From: Macrostomum hystrix
Lineage: Eukaryota > Animalia > Platyhelminthes
Assembly (NCBI GenBank): GCA_950097015.1
Contig: CATNEN010000038.1
Location: forward strand, 11,470,001-11,534,000
Length of the DNA: 64,000 bases
Reading direction: 5' to 3'
The notes beneath the pieces were generated by a model. It saw only the letters and a program-made list of their open reading frames with translations, was not told where the DNA came from and ran no database searches. Below are positions 12,228-24,750 of this stretch, piece by piece. Within the stretch, counting starts at the first letter, position 1. Every line of letters starts with the position of its first letter. The translations under genes and the position numbers were made by a program.

Positions 12228-15200
12228 ATCAGCGCCGAGTCGAACGGCTCCGGCCACAGTTCAGTAGAAGCTGTCAGCGTCATCGACGAGGACACCCGTC
12301 GGGAGCGTCAGCGTCAGGCGTCCGAGCAGCTGGAGAAGGCCAAGACGAAGCCAGTGGCCTTCGCCGTGCGGACGAACATCGCCTACGATGGGGCGAACGA
12401 CACCGAGTGCCCGGTGCCCGGCCAGGCCATCGCTTTTGGAGTGCGCGACTTTCTGCACATCAAAGAGAAATTCGACGGCTTCTGGTGGATCGGCAGGCTG
12501 ATCCGCGAGGGCAGCGACTGCCAGTTTGTGCCGTCGCCTGCTCGACTAGACGGCCTCCGGGTGCAGCAACGCGGAGGCGGCAGCGGAACCGGCGCAGGTG
12601 CTAATAAAACGGCAGCTGGTGAGTCATTTGCCGCTTCAAAAGACACCTGTCTTCAAATGACACCTGTCTTCAAATGACACCTGTCTTCAAATGACACCTG
12701 TCTTCAAATGACACCTGTCTTCAAATGACACCTGTCTTCAAATGACACCTGTCTTCAAATGACACCTGTCTACAAATGACACCTGTCAAATGACATCCAG
12801 CTAAATTGGATCAATGACTATTTAAACTAAAAAATGCCAGTAAATTTTATAAGGCTTTTAAAAAAATACAGGTGCAAACGCTGGAACTCCGCCTAATAAT
12901 CAACAACAACAACAGCAGCAGCAGCAGCAGCCGTCACTCATGGAGCCGTCTCCACTCGATGACTCGGATCGCGGCGACACCGACTCCTTAGGCGGCGGCG
13001 GTGTTGGCGGTGGCCTCGGCGGTCTTGGCGGTCGATTCGGAAAGAGCGGCGGATCGACTGTCGCCGTTTCGGCCGGAGCGGCTGCGTCAGCATCGGATCC
13101 GAACAAGAAGAAGGCCTTCTTCAAGAAGGTGCAGTTTTGCCTCTGAGCCTAATGATGACGCAAAGCTATGATTTATTAGTCGGCTGATGAAATTCAGTAG
13201 AACACTGATGGAAGTTGGTAGAACACTGATGGAAGTTGGTAGAACACTGATGGAAGTTGGTAGAACACTGATGGAAGTTGGTAGAACACTGATGGAAGTT
13301 GGTAGAACACTGATGGAAGTTGGTAGAACACTGATGGAAGTTGGTAGAACACTGATGGAAGTTGGTAGAACACTGATGGAAGTTGGTAGAACACTGATGG
13401 AAGTTGGTAGAACACTGATGGAAGTTGGTAGAACACTGATGGAAGTTGGTAGAACACTGATGGAAGTTGGTAGAACACTGATGGAAGTTGGTAGAACACT
13501 GATGGAAGTTGGTAGAACACTGATGAAAGTTGGTAGAACACTGATGAAAGTTGGTAGAACACTGATGAAAGTTGGTAGAACACTGATGAAAGTTGGTAGA
13601 ACACTGATGAAAGTTGGTAGAACACTGATGGAAGTTGGTAGAACACTGATGGAAGTTGGTAGAACACTGATGGAAGTTGGTAGAACACTGATGGAAGTTG
13701 GTAGAACACTGATGAAAGTTGGTAGAACACTGATGGAAGTTGGTAGAACACTGATGGAAGTTGGTAGAACACTGATGGAAGTTGGTAGAATACTGATGGA
13801 AGTTGATAGAACACTGATGGAAGTTGGTAGAACACTGATGGAAGTTGGTAGAACACTGATGAAAGTTGGTAGAACACTGATGAAAGTTGGTAGAACACTG
13901 ATGAAAGTTGGTAGAACACTGATGAAAGTTGGTAGAACACTGATGGAAGTTGGTAGAACACTGATGGAAGTTGGTAGAACACTGATGGAAGTTGGTAGAA
14001 CACTGATGAAAGTTGGTAGAACACTGATGGAAGTTGGTAGAACACTGATGGAAGTTGGTAGAACACTGATGGAAGTTGGTAGAACACTGATGGAAGTTGG
14101 TAGAACACTGATGGATGTTGGTAGAACACTGATGGAAGTTGGTAGAACACTGATGAAAGTTGGTAGAACACTGATGAAAGTTGGTAGAACACTGATGAAA
14201 GTTGGTAGAACACTGATGGAAGTTGGTAGAACACTGATGGAAGTTGGTAGAACACTGATGAAAGTTGGTAGAACACTGATGAAAGTTGGTAGAACACTGA
14301 TGGAAGTTGGTAGAACACTGATGAAAGTTGGTAGAACACTGATGAAAGTTGGTAGAACACTGATGAAAGTTGGTAGAACACTGATGGAAGTTGGTAGAAC
14401 ACTGATGGAAGTTGGTAGAACACTGATGGAAGTTGGTAGAACACTGATGAAAGTTGGTAGAACACTGATGGAAGTTGGTAGAACACTGATGGAAGTTGGT
14501 AGAACACTGATGAAAGTTGGTAGAACACTGATGAAAGTTGGTAGAACACTGATGAAAGTTGGTAGAACACTGATGGAAGTTGGTAGAACACTGATGAAAG
14601 TTGGTAGAACACTGATGGATGTTGGTAGAACACTGATGGAAGTTGGTAGAACACTGATGAAAGTTGGTAGAACACTGATGAAAGTTGGTAGAACACTGAT
14701 GAAAGTTGGTAGAACACTGATGGAAGTTGGTAGAACACTGATGGAAGTTGGTAGAACACTGATGAAAGTTGGTAGAACACTGATGAAAGTTGGTAGAACA
14801 CTGATGGAAGTTGGTAGAACACTCATGGAGGTTGGTAAAACACTAGAGGTAATCTAAAGTTAAATTTCCGCATTATCTCTGCTAAATCACGGATATGAAT
14901 GAATTCGTGCTGTTAACTGCATAATAGTGACTCAAATCTTATAACTCTGTTGTGAAATCTGTTTTAAATGAACCAAATGTGAAATCTTTAAGGTAACTTA
15001 CGGCACAAATGAACGCATAGTTTATGAGGCCGGCAATGGCGCCAACGGAAGCGCCAGCGGTGGAGGCGCCAATAACGAGGATGGACCCAAAGTGGTCTTT
15101 GTGGTGTGAACAAATCAGAGAATAATTTGTAACTGTTACTAATCTCGTTTGGTGTTGTTTTGCCGTGTCAAGCTGCTACCGCTGCAGCTGAAACTTTTGC

Positions 15201-18200
15201 AATTTTCCAAGCTATTTTTATGAAATGCTTTTGAAGTCTTTTTTGTTTGACATCCCGTTTCCATCGTCCCGTTTCCAATGTCCCGTTTCCATCGTCCCGT
15301 TTCCAACGTCCCGTTTCCATCATCCCGTTTCCATCGTCCCGTTTCCAACGTCCCGTTTCCATCATCCCGTTTCCAACGTCCCGTTTCCAACGTCCCGTTT
15401 CCATCGTCCCGTTTCCAACGTCCCGTTTCCAACGTCCCGTTTCCAACGTCCCGTTTCCAACGTCCCGTTACCTATCAAATTTAAATATTAGCCTGTTTCA
15501 GCTCAGGCTATGAATTGTTGATGAATTGTTGCAGTGTTGCCATGCACCAAGTTATTCTCCTGTTTGACAAATCCTTTTTTGTGTAGTGGTCGTTTCTTAA
15601 TGCTAGATTTAGCAACAGCAGATCATCAGCTAATATGCTTGTTTCTTTGCATACTTGTCTAAAATTCACTAAGAAATGTAAAAAGATATATGAGTTTGAG
15701 AGCATTGAGAGGAAGTTTTTCACAATTTTGCTTGCGTCAAATTTCCCCGAGTGCATTGTTCTCAAAGCTAGCATTTCAATGGGGCTTCTTAAAAACAAGT
15801 TCACACACAATTCATTCTTCAGACTGACTCAGCGCCACCCTACGAAGTTGTGCCTTCGATGCGACCCGTGGTGCTCATTGGGCCAAGTCTGAAGGGCTAC
15901 GAAGTGACGGATATGATGCAGCGCGCGATTTTTGACTTCCTGAAGCGTCGCTTCGAAGGTCGCATCATCATTACTCAGGTTTGTAAATCGGAGCTGGAAT
16001 CGTACCAGGAACTAAACATTCAATCGTAGAAGGAACTAAACATGGAATCGTAGATGGAACTAGACATGGAATCGTAGCAAGAACTAAACATTCGATCGTA
16101 GAAGAAACTAAACATGGAATCGTAGCAGGAACTAGACATGGAATCGTAGCAGGAACTAGACATGGAATCGTAGCAGGAACTTAACATGGAATCGTACCAG
16201 GAACTAAACATTCGATCGTAGAAGAAACTAAACATGAAATCGTAGCAGGAACTAGACATGGAATCGTAGCAGGAACTAAACATGAAATCGTAGCAGGAAC
16301 TAGACATGGAATCGTAGCAGGAACTTAACATGGAATCGTACCAGGAACTAAACATTCGATCGTAGAAGAAACTAAACATGAAATCGTAGCAGGAACTAGA
16401 CATGGAATCGTAGCAGGAACTAGACATGGAATCGTAGCAGGAACTAGACATGGAATCGTAGCAGGAACTAAACATGGAATCGTAGCAGGAACTAGACATG
16501 GAATCGTACCAGGAACTAAACATGAAATCGTAGCAGGAACTAGACATGGAATCGTAGCAGGAACTTAACATGGAATCGTACCAGGAACTAAACATTCGAT
16601 CGTAGAAGAAACTAAACATGGAATCGTACCAGGAACTAGACATGGAATCGTAGCAGGAACTAGACATGGAATCGTAGAAGGAACTAGACATGGAATCGTA
16701 GCAGGAACTTAACATGGAATCGTACCAGGAACTAAACATTCGATCGTAGAAGAAACTAAACATGAAATCGTAGCAGGAACTAGACATGGAATCGTAGCAG
16801 GAACTAAACATGGAATCCTAGCAGGAACTAGACATGGAATCGTAGAAGGAACTAAACATGAAATCGTAGCAGGAACTAGACATGGAATCGTAGCAGGAAC
16901 TTAACATGGAATCGTAGCAGGAACTAAACATGGAATCGTAGCAGGAACTAAACATGAAATCGTAGCAGGAACTAGACATGGAATCGTAGCAGGAACTTAA
17001 CATGGAATCGTACCAGGAACTAAACATTCGATCGTAGAAGAAACTAAACATGAAATCGTACCAGGAACTAGACATGGAATCGTAGCAGGAACTAGACATG
17101 GAATCGTAGAAGGAACTAGACATGGAATCGTAGAAGGAACTTAACATGGAATCGTACCAGGAACTAAACATTCGATCGTAGAAGAAACTAAACATGGAAT
17201 CGTAGCAGGAACTAGACATGGAATCGTAGCAGGAACTAGACATGGAATCGTACCAAGAACTAAACATTCGAACGTAGAAGAAGCTGAACATGAAATCGTA
17301 GCAGGAACTAGACATGGAATCGTAGCAGGAACTAAACATGGAATCGTAGCAGGAACTTAACATGGAATCGTTGCAGGAATTGAATCAAGAACCATAGCAG
17401 GAACTATTTGCATTAAATCCTCGCAGTTGCTGATGCAAGAATTGTAGTTGGAACCCAAAGTGTTCAGATGCTATTTAAGACTCAGTGGTCGTAGAAACTG
17501 ACAAAAAGCAGCAGTTATCTACGCGGCCTTCCATCTCAGGTGTCGTCAGACATTTCCCTGGCCAAGCGCAGCGTATTGAACAATCCAAACAAACGCAGCG
17601 CACTGATCGACCGAGGCAACCGGGCTAGCAATATCGGTGAGCGCAACAACTGTTTTGCTTCTATAACTCACCTGTATAGGAACGCATTGACCTACAAACT
17701 AAGAGACAAATTTCATTTGCTCTCTCAGCCGAGGTTCAGCAGGAGATTGAGCGCATTTTCGAGTTGGCCCGCACCCTTCAGCTGGTGGTGCTCGACTGCG
17801 ACACCATCAACCACCCGGGTCAGCTTGCGAAAACCTCATTGGCGCCAATCATTGTCTACCTGAAGATTTCGTCTGTCAAGGTACTACAGAGGCTAATTAA
17901 AAGTCGCGGCAAATCGCAGAGTCGCAGTATGACGCAACAACTCAGTTTAGCCGAGAAACTGCTTCAGTGCAGCGCCGTGAGTGGCCTTTGAGTTTATTGG
18001 ACCTTGACAATGTTTTCTGTGTCTTTTATGACCTTAATATTGTTGCCTTGTGTCTACTTTGACCTATTTCAGGAGTTCTATGACGTGGTGCTCGATGAGA
18101 ACCAGCTGGAGGACGCCTGCGAGCACCTGTCGGAGTACCTGGAGGCCTACTGGCGCGCAACGCATCCGCCATCAATGCTGAGCAAGGCGGAGCGTCTGCT

Positions 18201-18612
18201 GGGGCTGGCAGGCCAGGCATCCTCTGGCCAGGGTGCGCCGCCGCAGCATCTGCTGCACCACCTGCCCTCATCGATTCACCGATTTCCCTATCAGCAGCAG
18301 CAGCAGCAGCAGCAGCACTATCAGCAGCAGCCGCAGCATTCAATGCAGCAGCGAAACGCGGCTGGAGCCGCAGTTGGCGGCCGCGGCGGCGTTGGAGGCG
18401 GTGCCGGTGCCTCTGGCGGCCTGTGGAGCGGCGACCCGGAGGACTTCCGCAGCGACCGCCAGCTGCGCATCGACCGGCAGCAGTCGCAGCCGCTGCAGCA
18501 ACAGCAGGCGACTGTTTCTATGCAGGCACCGATGGCTGTTATGTCACAGCAGCAGCAGCAGCGCAGGCGCCAGTTGCCGCTGGCACCAAGGCAGGGCTCT
18601 ATAGCAATTTAG
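12228..18612 (+). CDS. CACNB: Voltage-gated calcium channel beta subunit (SH3-HOOK-GK); exons 12228-12618, 12872-13128, 15823-15978, 17540-17636, 17729-17976, 18073-18612
   Basis: Phases are consistent (1,0,0,1,0). Motifs [42 protein letters not shown]|[58 protein letters not shown] and [24 protein letters not shown]. Confidence 0.97.
12642..12795. repeat. 17 bp minisatellite (GACACCTGTCTTCAAAT), ~9 copies, intronic
   Basis: Tandem copies start ~23 nt after the donor at 12619. Confidence 0.95.
13197..14845. repeat. 21 bp minisatellite (GTAGAACACTGATG[G/A]AAGTTG), ~78 copies, intronic
   Basis: Near-perfect array with two main alleles of the unit. Confidence 0.98.
14993..15109 (+). CDS. CACNB: Candidate alternative terminal (or recursive/poison) exon of Cav-beta: [38 protein letters not shown]
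   Basis: GC-rich, codon-like island in an AT-rich intron. It follows a CTTTAAG acceptor and is phase 0, in frame with the upstream exon ending FFKK. Confidence 0.55.
   Translation, partial: VTYGTNERIVYEAGNGANGSASGGGANNEDGPKVVFVV
15250..15470. repeat. 14 bp minisatellite (CGTCCCGTTTCCA[A/T]), ~16 copies
   Basis: Tandem copies visible. Confidence 0.95.
15990..17400. repeat. 24 bp minisatellite (AAACATGGAATCGTAGCAGGAACT), ~58 copies, intronic
   Basis: Array begins ~12 nt after the donor at 15979, with recurring variant units. Confidence 0.97.
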
Positions 18613-18999
18613 CAGCCGTTGTTTGACTGAAGTTCTGAATATTTTTTTGTTTCAATAACATCTCTTGCAATTTAATTTGGATCCGATGGTCTCGTTTATT
18701 TTTTAAAGCTTTTTACCCTGCATGTGTTTGTTTACCAGATATTGTTTATAATTTTATCATTTAACAGAAGCGCATGTGTGTAAATAGGTGTTCAAACTCG
18801 CGTGTGTGAGAATCTTTGACACGTCATCAGATTTAGACTTTAAATCTGATTTAGACTCATATTTATAAAACTTAAAGATAGAACTTTTTTCTCACAGCAA
18901 AGGGCAAAAGCAAAAGCCAGCGATTTCCAGAATTACCTTTGTACTCTTTGCAGAAAGGCAGCTCAGAGGTTTGAGCACTGCAACATATAGACTTAGCAA

Positions 19000-19132
19000 T
19001 TGAGAGTGGGTGTGTCGTCCCCGAGTCCATGGACTGAACGCAGCCTTGCAGTAGCTCCGCGCAATAGCTGCGGCTGTGCTGTCGGCTGTACATCTGACCC
19101 AATTAGGGCAGGTGTAATCAATAACATTATAA
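19000..19132 (+). mobile_element. SINE family A, 3' half
   Basis: GTCCATGGACTG..GCGGCTGTGCTGTCGGCTG..GGCAGGTGTAATCAAT tail matches the other copies. Confidence 0.85.
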
Positions 19133-19799
19133 TTGCGATTACACTTTTCATTGGCGATCATGTGTGCCATGTCAATATTTTCTCTTCTAACGAGAGAATC
19201 CCAGACATTTCTGTTAGTTATTTTTCTTTACTTATCCCCAAAATTCAGTCATTTCAATTATTGTCCGCGCCAGAGTTGCTCACTGCATGACGTCAGTTAT
19301 TACCAAATTACCTATTTCAGTATTACAGAACCTCGCTTTTAAAAAGCTACTTTGACGCACCAGATAACTTTAATCGTTGCAATTGCTGTAATTCTATCGA
19401 GCAACCAATCATTAATTTGTGCTACTCACTGTACTATAATTAGCTCTTATTGAAGCATTGATCAATTGGTAGCGTTGAGCTGGAAGTTGTCGTGTCTCGT
19501 GGTGAGCCGACTAGACTCCTATTCTATTAAACAAGTGGTCAAGAGTCATTGTGCAATTCCACAAGTCACAAGCCGAAATTAAAAAACGATACTGACTGAA
19601 AATATCGACAATGCTGACGTTAGACGGCTTTGAAGAGGCGGAAAATTTTATGGTGGACTTTCCCGAAAATCAGTCATTCGGTTAGGGTGCTATCGTAAAT
19701 ATTTTCCCACTGTATGTTTACTCCAGGTGGAAATTGCGTAGCCTTTCTATTGTTATTGGAAAAAGTAATGTGGATAAAAGAAAGCGGTTCCCGCGATTT

Positions 19800-19918
19800 C
19801 TAAAAATAGAAACTGACGTCAGATAAGCAAGCTAAAAATAGATTGTGACCCGAGTTGAGAAGATTTGTGTGAATCCTTGGCTAGACAAACTTGTAGCTAA
19901 AAATAGAAACTGACGTCA
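19800..19918. promoter_or_regulatory. Cluster of three perfect MEF2 consensus sites and two perfect CRE palindromes (candidate enhancer)
   Basis: CTAAAAATAG at 19800, 19832 and 19897; TGACGTCA at 19814 and 19911; AGATAAG at 19821. Confidence 0.4.
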
Positions 19919-20574
19919 CAAGCAGCGTATTCGAGAACTAGATGTTGTAAAAAATAGACGATGCAACGCGAAAAAAGTATATGTGAATAGAACTATTCAA
20001 TAGAAAAGTAAGTCCAGACAAGGTCGTCAGACAATAGTTGTTGGTATAAATAAATTTTAATTAATGAAAATAAAATACAAGAATATTGATTTTTAACTAA
20101 TTTTTGCGCATAATCATTAATCGGTGAGTGCTTTTGTTTCTTGTTCAGTATTTCAAACCAGAATATTTGTTTATTGATTTTATGGACTTTTTTCTGAACT
20201 TGTTGAGTTAAAAAACACAGAATGCTATGAAAAGTTGCTATATACGAGCCTATATTCAAGCTTTTATTATATTTTAAGAAATAATATTATTTAACTTTTT
20301 TATACCTGCTAATATATTGTCGTAACCGCAACCAACAAGTACTCACATTGTACACAGTATATACTACTTATTTAGTATTGAAGTATTATTTTCAGCTTTT
20401 CTATAATTACTGCATCATTCTAAGATGATGCATTATTTTTTAACAATATACAGAACTTCCCCTGTTTACCTGAAAGAAGTTCGTTTCTTGGAACGTTTGT
20501 AACAGACTATAAACAAAACTATAAAAAAAATAAAAACTTTTTATTTGTCTTTTTTATTAAACTTGTGAACTTGA

Positions 20575-23225
20575 ATGCAGATTCTCGGACTTTTTCTCGA
20601 TTTGCCAGATTCTTGATTCGGCATATTCTCGATTCGACAGATTCTCGATTCGGCAGGATCTCGATTCGGCAGATTCTTGATTCGGCAGATTCTTGATTCG
20701 GCAGATTCTCAATTCGGCAGGTTCTCGATTCGGCAGATTCCTGATTCGGCAGATTCTTGATTCGGCAGATTCTCAATTCGGCAGATTCTCAATTCGACAG
20801 ATTCTCGATTTGTCACTCTTGATTTCTTGATTCGGCAGATTCTCGATTTGCCTGATTCTTGATTCTTTATTCGGCAGATTCTCGATTTGTCACTATTTCT
20901 TGATTCGGCAGATTCTTGATTCGCCAGATTCTCGATTTGCCAGATTCTCGATTCGGCAGGTTCTCGATTCGGCAGGTTCTCAATTCGACAGATTCTCGAT
21001 TTGTCACCCTATTTCTTGAATCGGCAGATTCTCGGTTCGGCAGATTCTCGATTTGTCACTATTTCTTGATTCGGCAGGTTCTCGATTCGGCAGATTCTTT
21101 ATTCGGCAGATTCTCGATTCGGAAGGTTCTCGATTCGGCAGATTCTTGATTCGGCAGATTCTCAATTCAACAGATTCTCGATTTGTCACTCTATTTCTTG
21201 ATTCGGCAGATTCTTGATTCGCCAGATTCTAGATTCGCCAGATTCTCGATTCGCCAGATTCTCGATTCGCCAGATTCTCGATTCGGCAGATTCTCGATTC
21301 GGCAGGTTCTCGATTGGGCAGGTTCTCGATTCGGCAGGTTCTCAATTCGACAGATTCTCGATTTGTCACCCTATTTCTTGATTCGGCAGGTTCTCGATTC
21401 GGCAGATTCTTCATTCGGCAGATTCTTGATTCGGCAGATTCTCGATTCGGAAGGTTCTCGATTCGGCAGATTCTTGATTCGGCAGATTCTCAATTCAATA
21501 GATTCTCGATTTGTCACTCTATTTCTTAATTCGGCAGATTCTTGATTCGCCAGATTCTCGATTCGCCAGATTCTCGATTCGCCAGATTCTCGATTCGCCA
21601 GATTCTCGATTCGCCAGATTCTCGATTCGGCAGGTTCTCGATTGGGCAGGTTCTCGATTCGGCAGGTTCTCAATTCGACAGATTCTCGATTTGTCACCCT
21701 ATTTCTTGAATCGGCAGATTCTCGGTTCGGCAGATTCTCGATTTGTCACTATTTCTTGATTCGGCAGGTTCTCGATTCGGCAGATTCTTCATTCGGCAGA
21801 TTCTTGATTCGGCAGATTCTCGATTCGGAAGGTTCTCGATTCGGCAGATTCTTGATTCGGCAGATTCTCAATTCAACAGATTCTCGATTTGTCACTCTAT
21901 TTCTTGATTCGGCAGATTCTTGATTCGCCAGATTCTCGATTCGCCAGATTCTCGATTCGCCAGATTCTCGATTCGGCAGATTCTCGATTCGGCAGGTTCT
22001 CGATTGGGCAGGTTCTCGATTCGGCAGGTTCTCAATTCGACAGATTCTCGATTTGTCACCCTATTTCTTGAATCGGCAGATTCTCGGTTCGGCAGATTCT
22101 CGATTTGTCACTATTTCTTGATTCGGCAGGTTCTCGATTCGGCAGGTTCTCAATTCGACAGATTCTCGATTTGTCACCCTATTTCTTGAATCGGCAGATT
22201 CTCGGTTCGGCAGATTCTCGATTTGTCACTATTTCTTGATTCGGCAGGTTCTCGATTCGGCAGATTCTTCATTCGGCAGATTCTTGATTCGGCAGATTCT
22301 CGATTCGGAAGGTTCTCGATTCGGCAGATTCTTGATTCGGCAGATTCTCGATTCGGCAGATTCTCAATTCGACAGATTCTCGATTTGTCACTCTATTTCT
22401 TGATTCGGCAGATTCTTGATTCGCCAGATTCTCGATTCGCCAGATTCTCGATTCGCCAGATTCTCGATTCGCCAGATTCTCGATTCGGCAGATTCTCGAT
22501 TCGGCAGGTTCTCGATTGGGCAGGTTCTCGATTCGGCAGGTTCTCAATTCGACAGATTCTCGATTTGTCACCCTATTTCTTGATTCGGCAGGTTCTCGAT
22601 TCGGCAGATTCTTCATTCGGCAGATTCTTGATTCGGCAGATTCTCGATTCGGAAGGTTCTCGATTCGGCAGATTCTTGATTCGGCAGATTCTCAATTCAA
22701 TAGATTCTCGATTTGTCACTCTATTTCTTAATTCGGCAGATTCTTGATTCGCCAGATTCTCGATTCGCCAGATTCTCGATTCGCCAGATTCTCGATTCGC
22801 CAGATTCTCGATTCGCCAGATTCTCGATTCGGCAGGTTCTCGATTGGGCAGGTTCTCGATTCGGCAGGTTCTCAATTCGACAGATTCTCGATTTGTCACC
22901 CTATTTCTTGAATCGGCAGATTCTCGGTTCGGCAGATTCTCGATTTGTCACTATTTCTTGATTCGGCAGGTTCTCGATTCGGCAGATTCTTCATTCGGCA
23001 GATTCTTGATTCGGCAGATTCTCGATTCGGAAGGTTCTCGATTCGGCAGATTCTTGATTCGGCAGATTCTCAATTCAACAGATTCTCGATTTGTCACTCT
23101 ATTTCTTGATTCGGCAGATTCTTGATTCGCCAGATTCTCGATTCGCCAGATTCTCGATTCGCCAGATTCTCGATTCGGCAGGTTCTCGATTTGATAGATT
23201 CTTCATTCGTCAGATTCTTGATTCG
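20575..23225. repeat. Complex 16 bp satellite (GATTCGGCAGATTCTC) with periodic TTTGTCAC(T/C)CTATTTCTT interruptions and higher-order structure
   Basis: Tandem array; identical spurious ORFs recur at an exact 1202-bp offset. Confidence 0.97.
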
Positions 23226-23586
23226 ACACTTTAGATTGCCAAAGAAACCTGTCAAAGATGCTTAATCTATGCATTCGATCTAAGACACCATTAGCCTCTG
23301 AGAATTAGTCAATTTCTTTGCAAGTCATCAATTTGTCGCTAAAATTTCTATTCGCACTTAAAACAGCAAAGTATAAGACATTTTTGTACCTTTTTTTAGA
23401 ACACAGTAATAATTTAAATCACTTGGACAAAAACACTGGGATAAACATTTAGGGATGAATTATGAGCGATGAACTAGTCTAAACAAGTGCGACAGGGTAT
23501 TGAGGAAAGAGCTTGGGATCGATGCAACTAGGGAAAAAATTGACACCACTGTCTTTGTTTTTTTCTTCGTTTGCTAAAATAAATCA

Positions 23587-23700
23587 CTGTGATTGGTCAC
23601 TGACTGTTTTTGGAAACCGTAACCCGCTTGGGCCACGCTGTGATTGGCCACTGACTATCTCGGATGACCCTAACCCGCTTGGGCCAGGCTGTGATTGGCT
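23587..23700. repeat. 51 bp tandem repeat (2.2 copies) carrying three ATTGG (CCAAT) boxes
   Basis: CTGTGATTGG at 23587, 23638 and 23689; TAACCCGCTTGGGCCA occurs twice. Confidence 0.8.
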
Positions 23701-24504
23701 GGCGCGCTCAATAGCAACAAACAATCAAAACACGGTCAGCAAGGAGTGAATTCTACCCAATCCGTTGGCTTCAGAGCAAACGCACGCCCTGATTTTATTC
23801 GAAAGAGAATAGGCCTATTTAAGTGTCTAGTGATAGTAGTACTCGCGAATACACATAACATCGAGAGTACATTGTTAAGTTTAATACTATGCTTTGTTTT
23901 AAACCACGCTCAAAAAAGTGCATCGTGCTCACAGCATAAATGGTAGAGAAGGAGCAAAAATCTAAGCTCAAAATGGGGCCGTTTGTGCCTGATTGTCAGT
24001 TCTCCAAGTACTAGATATCAAAACGGCTTATGGGTTTAAGATTAGATCGCTAAATAAAATTGTCTTTATCTTCTATTTATTTTAGAAATCTCGGGTCACT
24101 AACGGATATTCGGTAATCCCTAGTCTAGAATGCACTCCTTTGGCCAGTGGGCATTCAGTCGGAATTTCACTTCCTGTTATTCATTAGTCTCAGTGCCTCA
24201 CATTTGTCACTCTTTTTTTGGCAACCAAGCATGGCGGTACCTTTGGGAATCGAAAACTCTTTGGGAACATAGTAAATGGGATCCTTACTAGCTGAAAACA
24301 AGAATCCAAATGTCAGAACTTGTTTGGGGTGGTCTTGAGTCTATGCCCATGGTGTTCTCAATGTTTATTTATGAACACTCGGAGTATCCAGCTATTTTGC
24401 CTACTCTTATAGGAGAGGGCACGTCCTACAGCATGGTCGGTAGAGGAGGTAGAGTTGGTGGATGAGAGGTAGAGTTGGTGAATGAGAGTTCATTAATTTA
24501 GCAT

Positions 24505-24750
24505 ACTACCCTGACTCCTGAGCACACACTTGCACAGGTGTGTACATCTGCCCCTGTGACTTTCTCATCGTCAAGCAGTGTACACTCTCACTGTGCCTTG
24601 GAGGTTGGCCCTCGAGGGCGTAAATTGTACGACAAGTCCCCAAGCACTCTCTCCGCGGCTGCGCCCAAGTGAATGTGGCCTCGCCGTCAACGCGGAATCG
24701 AGCTCAGTGACCTTGGTGTGTTAGACAGCTCTGCCACTCACCCCCCATGT
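24505..24750 (-). mobile_element. SINE family B, 3'-truncated
   Basis: Near-identical to the 47855-48220 copy over its body. Confidence 0.88.

Noticed and set aside
13087-14857. Long ORFs (542-579 aa) over the 21-bp array
   Set aside because: Pure translations of an intronic minisatellite. The sense ORF is out of frame with the upstream exon, which hits a stop at 13144.
15823-15978. Flatworm variant Cav-beta (Cav-beta-var) type
   Set aside because: Both conserved serines of the BID (PSMRP, GPSLKG) are present, as in conventional subunits.
20575-23225. CRISPR-like periodicity here and in other arrays
   Set aside because: No unique spacers, no cas genes, and a spliceosomal eukaryotic context.
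19680-24125. Single large TIR element enclosing the 16-bp satellite
   Set aside because: Only a short imperfect inverted similarity (19790-19812 vs 24070-24098); no convincing termini or TSD.
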